Shown: in pieces, positions 22,464 to 35,100 of the stretch
Layout: each line of letters starts with the position of its first letter
How positions within the stretch are numbered: the stretch's first letter is position 1
Origin: Eledone cirrhosa
Lineage: Eukaryota
DNA: 64,000 bases
Assembly (NCBI GenBank): GCA_964016885.1
Contig: OZ024743.1
Location: forward strand, 162,502,001-162,566,000
Direction: 5' to 3'
The notes under the pieces: generated by a model
The model's database searches: none
Told to the model about the DNA's origin: nothing
Seen by the model: only the letters and a program-made list of their open reading frames with translations
Position numbers and translations under genes: made by a program

Positions 22464-22890
22464 TGACTGTAAAACTGACTGTAAAATTAACAACTTGGAG
22501 AATAAATCTTAGAAAAAAATTAGGACTAGATCAATAATTTGGTATGACCCACCAGCATCTTTAGCTATTAAAACACCTTTAGCACATTTAAAAGAGAAAA
22601 ATATTAAATACTCAATTTCTTGGTGTAAACTTAGAAATTCTGATTCCTATCGGAACGCTTCCATTTCACCATACTGCAATCTTTGTAATTTAGAAACTCT
22701 ATTAATAATTACCAATTATGGTAATTTAATTAATAAAAAGAATGAATTATTTGCAACTTGTCTCCATAAATCTGGAAAGACATTTCAATACTGACTAAGA
22801 AGGAAAAAAATGTTGACTATTATTAATAATTCTTGAATTATTATTATTATATATATAATGTTTTCCCTTACCTTAAAAATTGTATATCGG
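22401..22890 (+). mobile_element. Inverted, internally deleted copy of the adjacent Penelope-like element
   Basis: Pieces match the reverse complements of 22349-22400, ~21370-21490 and ~20515-20835. Confidence 0.88.
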
Positions 22891-22964
22891 TTTTATATAT
22901 ATATATATATATATATAAAACCGATATAACATATATATATGTATATAAACCGATAAAAAAATGT

Positions 22965-23490
22965 CCTCAACACACAATTTGCAGACTCTCGATAAAGCTG
23001 TGTTTCGGTACGCGGGTGCTTGCAAAAGTATTTCCCAAGTTAATGAATAGGCCATATTTTTGCATTTTAAGTTCCATATCAGGTTTGAAAGAGAAGTTGA
23101 AGATTTTTTATCAAATCTTTGGAAAGAGCATTTGTGATTATTCCAGCAACTTTTAAATTCTGTAGAAGTTGCACCTACATAGTTAAATATATTATCACTG
23201 GTTTTTAACTATACATTTATCGACTATGTCCTTATCTAAACACTTATTTTGTAAAGGACAGTTTAATTTAATTCTACAATTACATTTTGCGGATTTGTGG
23301 TTATTCAGAACGGTACTATTATGTTGGATATTGCTAGAGATATTACTGCTATTTTGGTTGTTTCGGTTAGGGTTTAACTTTCTATTATTGATTCTATTTA
23401 TATTTTGTGCTATGTTCATAGTAGTAGAGTAAGATAGTTTTATAGTATGTCTGTTAAGGATTGGGTGGTATCTGTGGGCTTTAGAGAAGA
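22965..23490 (-). mobile_element. Second-subfamily Naiad-type GIY-YIG fragment
   Basis: IKLSYSTTMNI, KCNCRIKLNCPLQNKCLDK, YVGATSTEF, TSLSNLIWNLK, VCKLCVED, spread across frameshifts. Confidence 0.85.
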
Positions 23491-23726
23491 AGAAATCCTA
23501 AAGAATTCCATTATTTAGCAATCAGTTATAATTTAAAGTGCTCAACATTAAAGGAGCTATTTATAAGTAGAAGTGGTATTTAATTTGTTGGAAGTCCGAC
23601 AAACATAAATATTTATAACTGATTTAGAGCACCCAACAAGTTACTGGAGTAAATATTCAATGATATTAAATAAATGGAAACTATATTTATAAAACCATAG
23701 TTATTTTATTATATATATTTCAAGAG

Positions 23727-23730
<4 letters not shown>

Positions 23731-23782
<52 letters not shown>
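23731..23782. repeat. (TA)n microsatellite
   Basis: Read directly. Confidence 0.95.
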
Positions 23783-23785
<3 letters not shown>

Positions 23786-23871
23786 GTTGTTGTATGGTTG
23801 CAATAAATGCGTCCGTAGGCGGTATGCCATTTCTGTATTAACATTATATAAATATAAATATATATATATAT

Positions 23872-24235
23872 TTAAGGTCCTCCTGTATGTAGCTCTGTAT
23901 GTGTTTTAGTAAGGGCTTTAGTAGGGTGTCCAGGAAGTTGCTAAGTCTGTGGGTTTCACACACAGGGCCTGCTATAATTGGTCTGAGTTTTAAGTCTTCT
24001 GGTGGTGTTAATTGTATGTATTTGTTAGTCAAAGTGTCACCTGCATAGTTTATGGGACATTGATATGCTGAACCACCTACCCAAAACACTAAGTGAAAAC
24101 ACTATTCTTGTCTCCTTTGACATAGTAAATCTTTACACTAATATACCTCATAACTATGGAATAACAGCAATCCAGTTTTGGCTAGACACTCAACAATCTG
24201 AAATACCAACACGCATCAACAAAAACTTTATATAC
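23872..24235. mobile_element. Penelope-like RT fragment (non-Naiad type) in two oppositely oriented pieces
   Basis: Minus strand: LKLRPIIAGPVCETHRLSNFLDTLLKPLLKHIQSYI. Plus strand: MLNHLPKTLSENTILVSFDIVNLYTNIPHNYGITAIQFWL. Confidence 0.8.
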
Positions 24236-24629
24236 CCTAATCATGTCTTTGTATTTGTAGCCAGAGAACTGCATGCAGTGACTGAGTATTGTATGTGTCT
24301 CTCTAATTCTTTAGGATTGCACATGTGGCACACGTTTGTCCTGACCCATACACGACCACTTTATAGTATGAGCTTGGTGATTTTTGTCATGACACCTACA
24401 CGACCACTTTACAGTGGATGATAATGTTTAACTTCTCGTTCCATCGAGTGCTTTGTGATTGCTTCAATCAACTCGATTAGTACCTGCTATATGGCGGCTA
24501 CAACTTCGATTCATACCCAACATTATACATAAATATGTGTATATATGTGTGTGTGTACGTAGACACACGCATATATTCATACATATACATGTTCATTTGT
24601 GCACAAGTAAGAGTACCACAGAGCCCCCT

Positions 24630-25530
24630 TCCTTGTAAGACAACTGTAGAAGTACCTAGCTAAGAGTAAGCCCCTCTGCTTGGCTTTTGTTGACCTTCAG
24701 AAAGCTTTTGATAGAGTCCTGCATTCCATTATCTGGTGGGCTATTAGGAAACAAGGAGTCGACGAATGGCTTGTGAGGACAATTCAAGCAATGTATATTA
24801 GAACAGCCAGAAAGGTCAGAATTAACAATGACTATAGTGAAGAATTTAGTGTGCAGGTTGGTGTCCATCAGGGCTCTGTTCTTAGCCCTCTCCTGTTTAT
24901 TATCATTCTGCAGGCAATAACGGAGGAGTTTTAGTCCGGCTGCCATGGGAACTTCTGTATGCTGATGACCTAACCCTTATAGCTGAATCTATAGCTGAAA
25001 TTCCAAATCTATAGAGATGAAATTCCAAAACTGGAAAGGTCTAGAATCTAAAGTCAACTTGGCAAAGACTAAATTCCTAGTAGGTAGAAGGGAAAATGAC
25101 CTAGATCTCCTCTGGGAAATGGCCCCCCTCGGTGTGCAGAAAACGAGTAGGTAGAAATTCCATTCTATGTAGAAAATGCAGCAATGGGTACACAAGAAAT
25201 GTAGTGGGATCTCAGGCAGGCTAATAAAGAATGTAGGTTTTACTTGTGGCTGGTGCACAGGGACAATAAGTAGCAAGAACCCTTAGGATACAATCACCTT
25301 CAAATGCTCAGAGGGCTCGAAGTGGTAGATAGTTTCTGTTACCTGGGTAACCAAATCAGTAATAGGGGAGAGTGTTCTGAAAGCACAGTTACCAGAGTGA
25401 GATCAGGTTGGAGAAAGTTCAGGGAGCTACTACTGTTACTAACTACAAAAGATTTTTCCCTCAAAATGAAAGGCAGACTATATGATGCATGTATACAAAC
25501 AGCAGTGTTGCACAGTAGTGAAACCTGAAC
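24630..25530 (+). mobile_element. RTE-clade LINE RT fragment, decayed
   Basis: AFVDLQKAFDRV, VGVHQGSVLSPLLF, WELLYADDL, a Cys-rich insert (WVHKKCSGI), LEVVDSFCYLG, RVRSGWRKFREL, KGRLYDAC. Confidence 0.88.
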
Positions 25531-25717
25531 AATGTTCTTCCTCATAGCAGTATCATCCAATTGCAGGCTCCCAGACTGTGGTTCCACAGTGAGAGGGATT
25601 CATTGTGGCTACAGTCAGTAAATGCATTTCCTGAGCTGTAGTCCTCTGAGTGAAGGGTTGGGCGTGGTCAACTAGCCTGTCCCTCCTCCTGACGGTGCCA
25701 TCCAGTCCCACACTATA

Positions 25718-25885
25718 AATGTGGTTGGTGTTAGGAAGGGCATCCAGCTGTAAAATACCCAGCCAAATTTACAGCCCTCGTTGGAGCAAGGTACGGCATA
25801 GCCAACTCTGGCCAGACTTATCTCCCAACGTGGACGACCCGTCCAAGCATGGAAAAATGGACGCTAAGGGGTGATGATGATGATG
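25718..25885 (+). mobile_element. SINE 3' portion with (GAT)n tail (octopod OR-like)
   Basis: GGTTGGTGTTAGGAAGGGCATCCAGCTGTAAAA...AGCATGGAAAAATGGACGCTAA...(GAT)n. Family recognised from memory only. Confidence 0.6.
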
Positions 25886-26099
25886 ATATATATATATATA
25901 TACGTACATATACAATACATATATACATATATTCACACACATATATATACCTACATTTAGTGTCAAATCAAATTGGCTTCAATCCAATGTGTAAATTATA
26001 GGTTAATTATAGTATTGTACTTGATCTAGAATTTAAGTAGGATTTATCAGGGTGTATATGCCTGCTTGTTGTGTTGATTGGTGCTTAGGAAGAGGCTTC

Positions 26100-27300
26100 C
26101 AAATAGAAAGCAAATATTTCTGAAGTGAAGGTAAGATGTAAAGATTTCACTTTTTCATTCATAGAATTGAGGTATTCTCTGGGGGATCCCATTCCTTGAA
26201 TTAAAGACTTTTCTCTTGTGCAAAGCCTGCATCTCTAAGATTCAATAATGTAGGATTTGGTTTTTTCTAGTACCCTTTATTTCATGTTTTTATGTATGCC
26301 TCAGTTTTTCAAAGCCCATACATTTGCCATGATCTCATATACAAATAGGAGTAATATTTTTGCTTAAATTTACCTACTACCTGACCAGCATATCATTTTT
26401 TGTCCACTATAAGGTTGGATGTCTCAGATTAACTTCAACCGTATGAACTTTATGTTACATGCCAAGTCCAACGGGGAATCAGCATTTTCCTAACATGAGC
26501 ATCCTGGCTCATCTGGAGATTTTGGTGTTACTGTTATGAATGACTTCAGGCTAGGGGCACATGATTAGCTCATCTTAACAGAATGCCTGCTAAATAATTT
26601 GCTATATCTATGTTGTTGTAGGAAATGCTTATCTATTAGATCCAGAAATCTCTTGCCTATGTTGGTCTGAAAATTCAATGAGAAAGACAGTGTGAATCGG
26701 GTTACTTTTCTGAGTCTGTTCTTAGATCCTTTGGGTAGGAAGACAGTGAGATTCTAGTGTAATAGTTTCTCTTTGAAGCTGCTATCTAGAAGGGATCTGT
26801 TGAAGTAAGTGGTTGCCTTAGCAAATATATCTTTAGAAGAGGATAGATTAGAGATTCTACAACTCATATTAGAGATTAGAGTTTTATGGTTGAGGCAGAA
26901 TTTTTTATTCAAATATTTAAGTCTCCCATTGGGTTTATGGAATGGTTTGTATGTACATGTGGCTATGTCAAGAGTTGAATCTAAGAAATCTGCCTTAGTG
27001 AGGTTAGTGTCTACAAATATCCTAAGTCCTAGGTTATGAATGGCAGATTAGCTCTTTACCTTCTAGAGTAATGTCAAGCAGTTGTCGCAGTATAGACTAA
27101 CAATATAGTTGAAGATCTGGACTTCGGTGGATCTAGGATATATAAGCCAACCATCTACGCTGTCATATGTCACCATCAAGACATTAAATAGATCTTCTTG
27201 TTCAATTAGTTTTTTATTGCCCAAATAGACCTGTCATCAATGGTAATGAACCTATAAACTAATTCTAAAGTTTTAACTAGAAGTTATATCAAATAGTAGG
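26100..27300 (-). mobile_element. Old, heavily decayed Naiad-type Penelope-like copy
   Basis: Minus-strand translation ADFLDSTLDIATCTYKPFHKPNGRLKY (~26910-27000), RISNLSSSKEIFAKA (~26815-26860), CRLCTREK (~26209-26232). Boundaries approximate. Confidence 0.75.
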
Positions 27301-27546
27301 GGTAAGCCATCTGTTAGTACAAACACTCATCCCAATTGTAAATATATACTATATGAGCTAATATTATGATGACATAGCTCTACTGTAGCTATGGTGACAG
27401 TTGAGGCACAGCCGATATATTTAGCCCAACTAATATTAGAAAAGTCATTCAAGAAAAATAGTGATTACTGATTAATATAAAACAGTTTAGAAAACAGAAA
27501 TTAAATACCATCTATAAAACCATCTATTGGATTATATAAATATATA

Positions 27547-27910
27547 CTCTGAGGTCCCAAATAATAGGGGGGGGGGGGGGGGTTCGATAATTTTTCTAGG
27601 TTGTCTCTCTTGGTTTTTTTATAAAATTTGTAGGAAAAAAAATTTCATACTTGCCAACCCAATAAAAACCACAATTAGTTGTTTAGTTTACATATTGAGA
27701 TCCCAACTCATCCTATTTATTTTATAACATATGGGATTTCTTATAATGTTCTTTTTCTTATAATGTTTTTTAATGCCTAAAGAAAATTAATTATCACAAG
27801 AATGCTACTATTTAAAATAAAATTTCACTGGAGATAGATTAACAAAATTTAATAAGTGGAGATCTAAAAACTTAATAAGCGTGGAGGGACAATTGTTCGA
27901 GACCTGAGAG
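27547..27910. mobile_element. 364-bp MITE with imperfect TIRs and TA target duplication (Tc1/mariner/pogo-like)
   Basis: TA|CTCTGAGGTCCCAAATAAT ... ATTGTTCGAGACCTGAGAG|TA, 15/19 TIR match. Confidence 0.7.
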
Positions 27911-28304
27911 TAGAATTAAAAGAAGTTAACACATTTTAAATATATTTTCTGATGTTTATTTACTAAGGATGTCTTTTAATGGCAATCCAGATGTTTCAGG
28001 CAGGCACATCAGAAGACCAGAGAATAATATACATTCAATGCCAAAAATGATAAATGGTACTAACTTTCCTAATTCCTCCTACAAAAGAAATTGAGAAAGA
28101 AAACAACATAAAATAAAGTTAATAGACATTTCTAGAACATTTCACCACATCTAACCAATCATTCACATCTGGCAATGGACTTACTAGGCTGTAAACACAT
28201 CTGACCAGCCATTACTATACCATCACATCTGATCAGTTATTTACATACAGATGGGCAAACATTTAACAATGCAATACTACTAGATCTGGTCAGACATTCA
28301 ATTC

Positions 28305-28460
28305 TTTCTAGACATCAAACTATATCTTTCTCACCAGAAATCAAGTTGTTTATCTCTCCAGACATCAAGCTCTATATCTGTTGCACCAGACATCAAGCTC
28401 TATATCTGTCTCTCCAGATATCAAGCTCTAGACTTTTCAAAACATCAAGCTATATTTCAG
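28305..28460. repeat. Degenerate ~28-bp minisatellite (CCAGACATCAAGCTCTATATCTGTCTCT-like), about 6 units
   Basis: Recurrent ATCAAG/CATCAA motif at 24-29-bp spacing. Confidence 0.7.
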
Positions 28461-28819
28461 CATCCACTAATAGTGTTTCCATAGGCAAAATATCCAACAA
28501 TGCCCAATACATCTAACTTTAACCAAAAAGGAGTTTCTATAGAATAGCATTACCTGCTGAAATCTTGCAGCACAGTATCCCTCAACAAAGTATATATTTT
28601 TGAAATGAGAAACATTTTACATCTAATATTTTAGGTCAATTTGTCTCAATAGAAATCAACAATAGCTATAATTCAAATAAAATTACTCTTTAATTGGTTA
28701 CTCTCACTTTAATCAGGCAACCACTAGAAGCTACTAAACAATGGGAACAAGTTGATTATCATAACAACAAAATGATTATTATAGCAACTAAATGATTATT
28801 CCCATCACTGTACATTCAG

Positions 28820-28975
28820 ATGGCTCATGGTCATATAGATAAGGAGATTATATTGAAACCACAAGGTTCTGAGTTTGATACTAGTGTACAAAATCTTGAA
28901 CAAATATTTTTTAGTCAATGCAAGACTTGTCAGTGAAATTGGTTAAACAGAAACTCTATGAAAGCCCATCAGATG
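28820..28975 (+). mobile_element. Degenerate tRNA-derived SINE remnant
   Basis: B-box-like GAGTTTGATAC and body GTGAAATTGGTTAAACAGAAACTCTATGAAAGCCCATC, resembling octopod SINE motifs. Confidence 0.4.
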
Positions 28976-29152
28976 GACTGTACCTGTAATCTAAAGGGTC
29001 AGCTTCATAAAGCACAGTGACTAACTGAGTCTACCTCAGGGTTAAAATGTCAGTGGAATAATATGCCGGTTACATTATAATTCAAGGAATAGGTAGTTCT
29101 GTTGATCAAATAATTGGAGCATTCATACATCAAAACAGTCATGAGATCCATT

Positions 29153-32100
29153 TGTACATTGAGATAACCAGACCACCACACTGACCATTAAGATAACAAG
29201 ATAACCACACTGACCATTGAAATAACCAGACCAGAACGCTGTCCATTTAGATAACCAGACCACCACACTGTCCATTTAGACAAACAGACCACCAGACTAA
29301 CCAATTAGATAAGCAGAACACCATACTGACCATTTAGATTACCAGACCACCACACTGTCCATTGAGATGACCAGACCACCACAATGACCATTGAGATAAC
29401 CAGACCACCATACTGTCCATTTAGATAACCAGACCACCACACTGACCAATTAGATAACCAGACCACCACACTGTCCATTTAGATAACCAGAGACCCACAC
29501 TGACCATTTAGATAACCAGACCACCACACTGACCAATTAGATAACCTGATAACCACAGTGACCATCTAGATAACCAGACCACCACACTGACCATTTAGAT
29601 AACCAGACCATCACACTGACCATTTAGATAACCAGACCACCACACTGTCCATCTGGATAACCAGACCATCACACTGACCATTTAGATAACCAGACCACCA
29701 CACTGTCCATCTGGATAACCAGACCATCACACAGACCATTTAGATAACCAGACCACCACACTGTCCATTTAGATAACCAGATCACCATAATTGTCCATTT
29801 AGATAACCAGACCACCACACTGACCAATTAGATAACCAGACCACCACACTGACCATTTAGATAACCGGACCATCACACTGATCATTTAGATAACCAGACC
29901 ACCACACTGACCAATTAGATAACCGGACCATCACACTGATCATTTAGGTAACCAGACCACCACACTGACCAATTAGATAACCTGACCACCACACTGACCA
30001 TTTAGATAACCAGACCATCACACTGACCATTTAGATAAGCAGAGCACCACACTGTCCATCTGGATAACCAAACCACCACACTGACCATTTAGATAACCAA
30101 ACCACCACACTGACCATTTAGATAACCAGACCACCACACTGTCCATCTGGATAACCAAACCACCACACTGACCATTTAGATAACCAGACCACCACACTGA
30201 CCATTTAGATAACCAGACCACCACACTAACCATTTAGATAATCAGACCACCACACTGACCACTGAGATAACCAGATCACCACACTGACCATTGAGATAAC
30301 CAGACCACCACACTGTCCAATGAGATAACCAGACCAGCACACTGACCATCTAGATAACCAGACGACCACACTGTCCATTGAGATAACCAGACCATCAAGC
30401 TGTCCATTAAGATAACCAGACGACCACATTGTCCAATTAGATAACCAAACCACCACACAGTCCATCAGATAACCAGACCACCACACTGTCCATCAGGTAA
30501 CTAGACGACCACACTTTCCATTTAGATAACAAGATCACCACACTGTTCATTTAGATAGCCAGAGCACCACACTGACCATCTAGATAACCAGACCACCACA
30601 CTGTCCATTTAGATACCAAGACCACCACACTGTACATTTAGATAACCAGACCATCACACTGTCCATCAGATAACCAGACCACCACACTGTCCATTGAGTT
30701 AACCAGACCACCACACTGTCCATTGAGATAACCAGACCACCACACGGACCATTTAGATAACCAGACCACCACACTGACCAATTAGATAACCAGACCACCA
30801 CACTGACCATTTAGATAACCAGAACGTCACACTGACCATTTAGATAACCGGACCACCACACTGACCAATTAGATAACCAGACCTCCACAATGTCCATTTA
30901 TATAACCAAACCACCACACTGACCAGTTAGATAACCAAACCTCCACACTGTCCATGAGATAACCAGACCACCACACTGCCCATTGAGATAACCAGATCAC
31001 CACACTGGCCATTTAGATAACCAGACCACCACACTGATCTTTGAGATGACCAGACCACCACACTGTCAATCAGATAACCAGACCACCACACTAACCATTT
31101 AGATAACCAGACCACTACACTGTCCATCAAATAACCAGACGACCACACTGACCATCTAGATAACCAGACCACCACACTAACCATTGAGATGACCAGACCA
31201 CCACACTGTCTATTGAGATAACCAGAGCACCACAATTTCCATTGAGATAACCACACCACCATACTGACCATTGAGATTACAAGACCACCAGACTGACCAT
31301 TTAGATAACCAGACCACCACACTGACCATCTAGATAACCAGACCACCACACTGACCATTTAGATAACCAGACCACCACATTATCCATTGAGATAACCAGA
31401 CCATCACACTGACCATTTAGATAACCAGACCACCACACTGACCATATAGATAACCAGACCACCACACTGACCATCTAGATAACCAGACCACCACACTGAC
31501 CATTTAGATAACCAGACCACCACATTATCCATTGAGATAACCAGACCATCACACTGTTCATTTAGATAACCAGACCATCACACTGACCATTTAGATAACC
31601 AGACCACCACACTGACCATATAGATAACCAGACCATCACATTGAGCATTTAGATAACCAGACCACCACACTGACCATATAGATAACCAGACCACCACACT
31701 GACCATTTAGATATCCAGACCACCACACTGACCATCTAGATAACCAGACCACCACACTGACCATTTAGATAACCAGACCACCACACTGACCATTTAGATA
31801 ACCAGACCACCACACTGACCATATAGATAACCAGACCACCACACTGACCATTTAGATAACCAAACCACCACACTGACCAATTAGATAACCAGACCACCAC
31901 ACTGACCATTTAGATAACCAGACCACCACACTGACCATTTTGATGACCAGACCACCACACTGTCCATTTAGATAACCAGACCACCACACTGACCATATAG
32001 ATAACCAGACCACCACACTGACCATTTAGATAACCAAACCATCACACTGACCATTTAGATAACCAGACCATCACACTGACCATTTAGATAACCAGACCAC

Positions 32101-35100
32101 CACACTGACCATTTAGATAACCAGACCACCACACTGACCATATAGATAACCAGACCACCACACTGACCATTTAGATAACCAAACCACCACACTGACCAAT
32201 TAGATAACAAGACCACCACACAGTCCATTTAGATAACCAGACCACCACACTGTCCATTGAGATAACGACACCACAACACTGACCAATTAGATAACCAGAC
32301 TACCACACTGACCATCTAGATAACTAGACCACCACACTGTCCATTTAGATACCAAGACCACCACACTGTACATTTAGATAACCAGACCATCACACTGTCC
32401 ATCAGATAACCAGACGACCACACTTTCCATTTAGATAACCAGACCACCACACTGTCCATTGAGATAACCAGACCACCACACTGTCCATTCAGATAACCAG
32501 ACTATCACACTGACCATTGAGATTACAAGACCACCACACTGACCATCTAGATAACCAGACCACCAGACTGTCCAATTAGATAACCAGACCACCATACTGA
32601 CCATTTAGATAACCAGACCACCACACTGACCATTTAGATAACCAGACCACCACACTGACCATTTAGATAACCAGACAACCACACTGACCATTTAGATAAC
32701 CAGACCACCACACTGACCATTTAGATAACCAGACCACCACACTGTCCATTTAGATAACCAAACCACCACACTGTCCATTCAGATAACCAGACCACCACAC
32801 TGACCATTGAGATGACCAGACGACCACATTCTCCGTTAAACAACCAGACCACCACACTGTCCATTTAGATAACCAGACCACCACACTGTCCATTTAGATA
32901 ACCAGACCACCACGCTGTCTATCAGATAACCAGACGACCACACTTTCCATTTAGATAACCAGACCACCACACTGACCCATTAGATAACCAGACCATCACA
33001 CTGTCCATTTAGATAACCAGACCAACACGCTGTTCATTTAGATAACCAAACCAGCACACGGACCATTTAGATCGCCAGACCACCACACTGACCATTTAGA
33101 TAACCATACCACTACACTGACCATTGAAATAAAGAGACCACAACACTGACCATTTAGATAACCAGACCACCACACTGACCATTGAGATAACAAGACGACC
33201 AAACTCTCCATTTAGATAACCAGACCATCACACTGACCATTTAGATAACCAGACCACCACACTGACCATTGAGATAACCAGACCACCACACTGTCCATTG
33301 ATATAATCAGACCACCACACTGTCCATTTAGATAACCAGACCATCACACTGACCATTTAGATAACCAGACCACCATATTGAACATCTAGATAACCAGACC
33401 ACCAGGCTGACCATTTAGATAACCAGACCATCACACTGACCATTGAGATAACCAGACCACCACTCTGACCATTTAGATTACCAGACCACCACACTGTCCA
33501 TTTAGATACCAAGACCACCACACTGTCCATTTAGATAACCAGACCACCACACTTTCCATTTAGATAACCAGACCACCACACTGTCCCTTTATATAACCAG
33601 ACCACCACACTTTCCGTTTAGATAACCAGACCACCACACTGTCCATTTATATAACCCGACCACCACACTGTCCATCAGATGACCTGACAACCACATTTTC
33701 CATTTAGATAACCAGACCACCACACTGTCCATTGAGATAACCAGACCACCACACTGTCCATTTAGATAACCAGACCACCACACTGTCCATTTAGATAACC
33801 AGACCACCACACTGTCCATTTAGATAACCAGACCACCACAGTGTCTATTGAGATAACCAAACCACCACATTTTCCATTGAGATAAACAGACCACCACACT
33901 GACCAATTAGATAACCGGACCATCACACTGTCCATTTAGATAACCAGACCACCACAGTGTCTATTGAGATAACCAGACCACCACATTTTCCATGGAGAAA
34001 AACAGACCACCACACTGACCATTTAGATAACCAGACCACCACACTGTCCATTTAGATAACAAGACCACCACACTGACCATTTAGATAACCAGACCACCAC
34101 ACTGACCATATAGATAACCAGACCACCACACTGACCATTTAGATAACCAAACCACCACACTGACCAATTAGATAACAAGACCACCACACAGTCCATTTAG
34201 ATAACCAGACCACCACACTGTCGATTGAGATAACGACACCACAACACTGACCAATTAGATAACCAGACCACGACACTGACCATGTACATGACCAGACTAC
34301 CACACTGACCATCTAGATAACTAGACCACCACACTGTCCATTTAGATACCAAGACCACCACACTGTACATTTAGATAACCAGACCATCACACTGTCCATC
34401 AGATAACCAGACGACCACACTTTCCATTTAGATAACCAGACCACCACACTGTCCATTGAGATAACCAGACCACCACACTGTCCATTCAGATAACCAGACT
34501 ATCACACTGACCATTGAGATTACAAGACCACCACACTGACCATCTAGATAACCAGACCACCAGACTGTCCAATTAGATAACCAGACCACCACACTGACCA
34601 TTTAGATAACCAGACCACCACACTGACCATTTAGATAACCAGACAACCACACTGACCATTTAGATAACCAGACCACCACACTGACCATTTAGATAACCAG
34701 ACCACCACACTGTCCATTTAGATAACCAGACCACCACACTGTCCATTCAGATAACCAGACCACCACACTGACCATTGAGATGACCAGACGACCACACTGA
34801 CCATTGAGATGACCAGACCACCACACTGACCATTGAGATGACCAGACGACCACACTGACCATTTAGATAACCAGACCACCACACTGACCAATTAGATGAC
34901 CAGACTACGACACTAACTACTGAGATAACCACACCACCACACTGACCATCTACATGACCAGACCACCACACTAACTACTGAGATAACAAGACCACCACAC
35001 TGACCATTTAGATAACCAGACCATCACACTGACCATTGAGATAACCAGAGCACAACACTGACAAGCTAGATAACCAGACCAGCACACTGTCTATTTAGAT

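Noticed and set aside
20577-23490. Selenocysteine recoding, reported for some Naiad elements
   Set aside because: The in-frame stop at 21647-21649 is TAA. The TGA at 23195-23197 lies at a frameshift, not at a conserved Cys. I could not identify a SECIS by eye.
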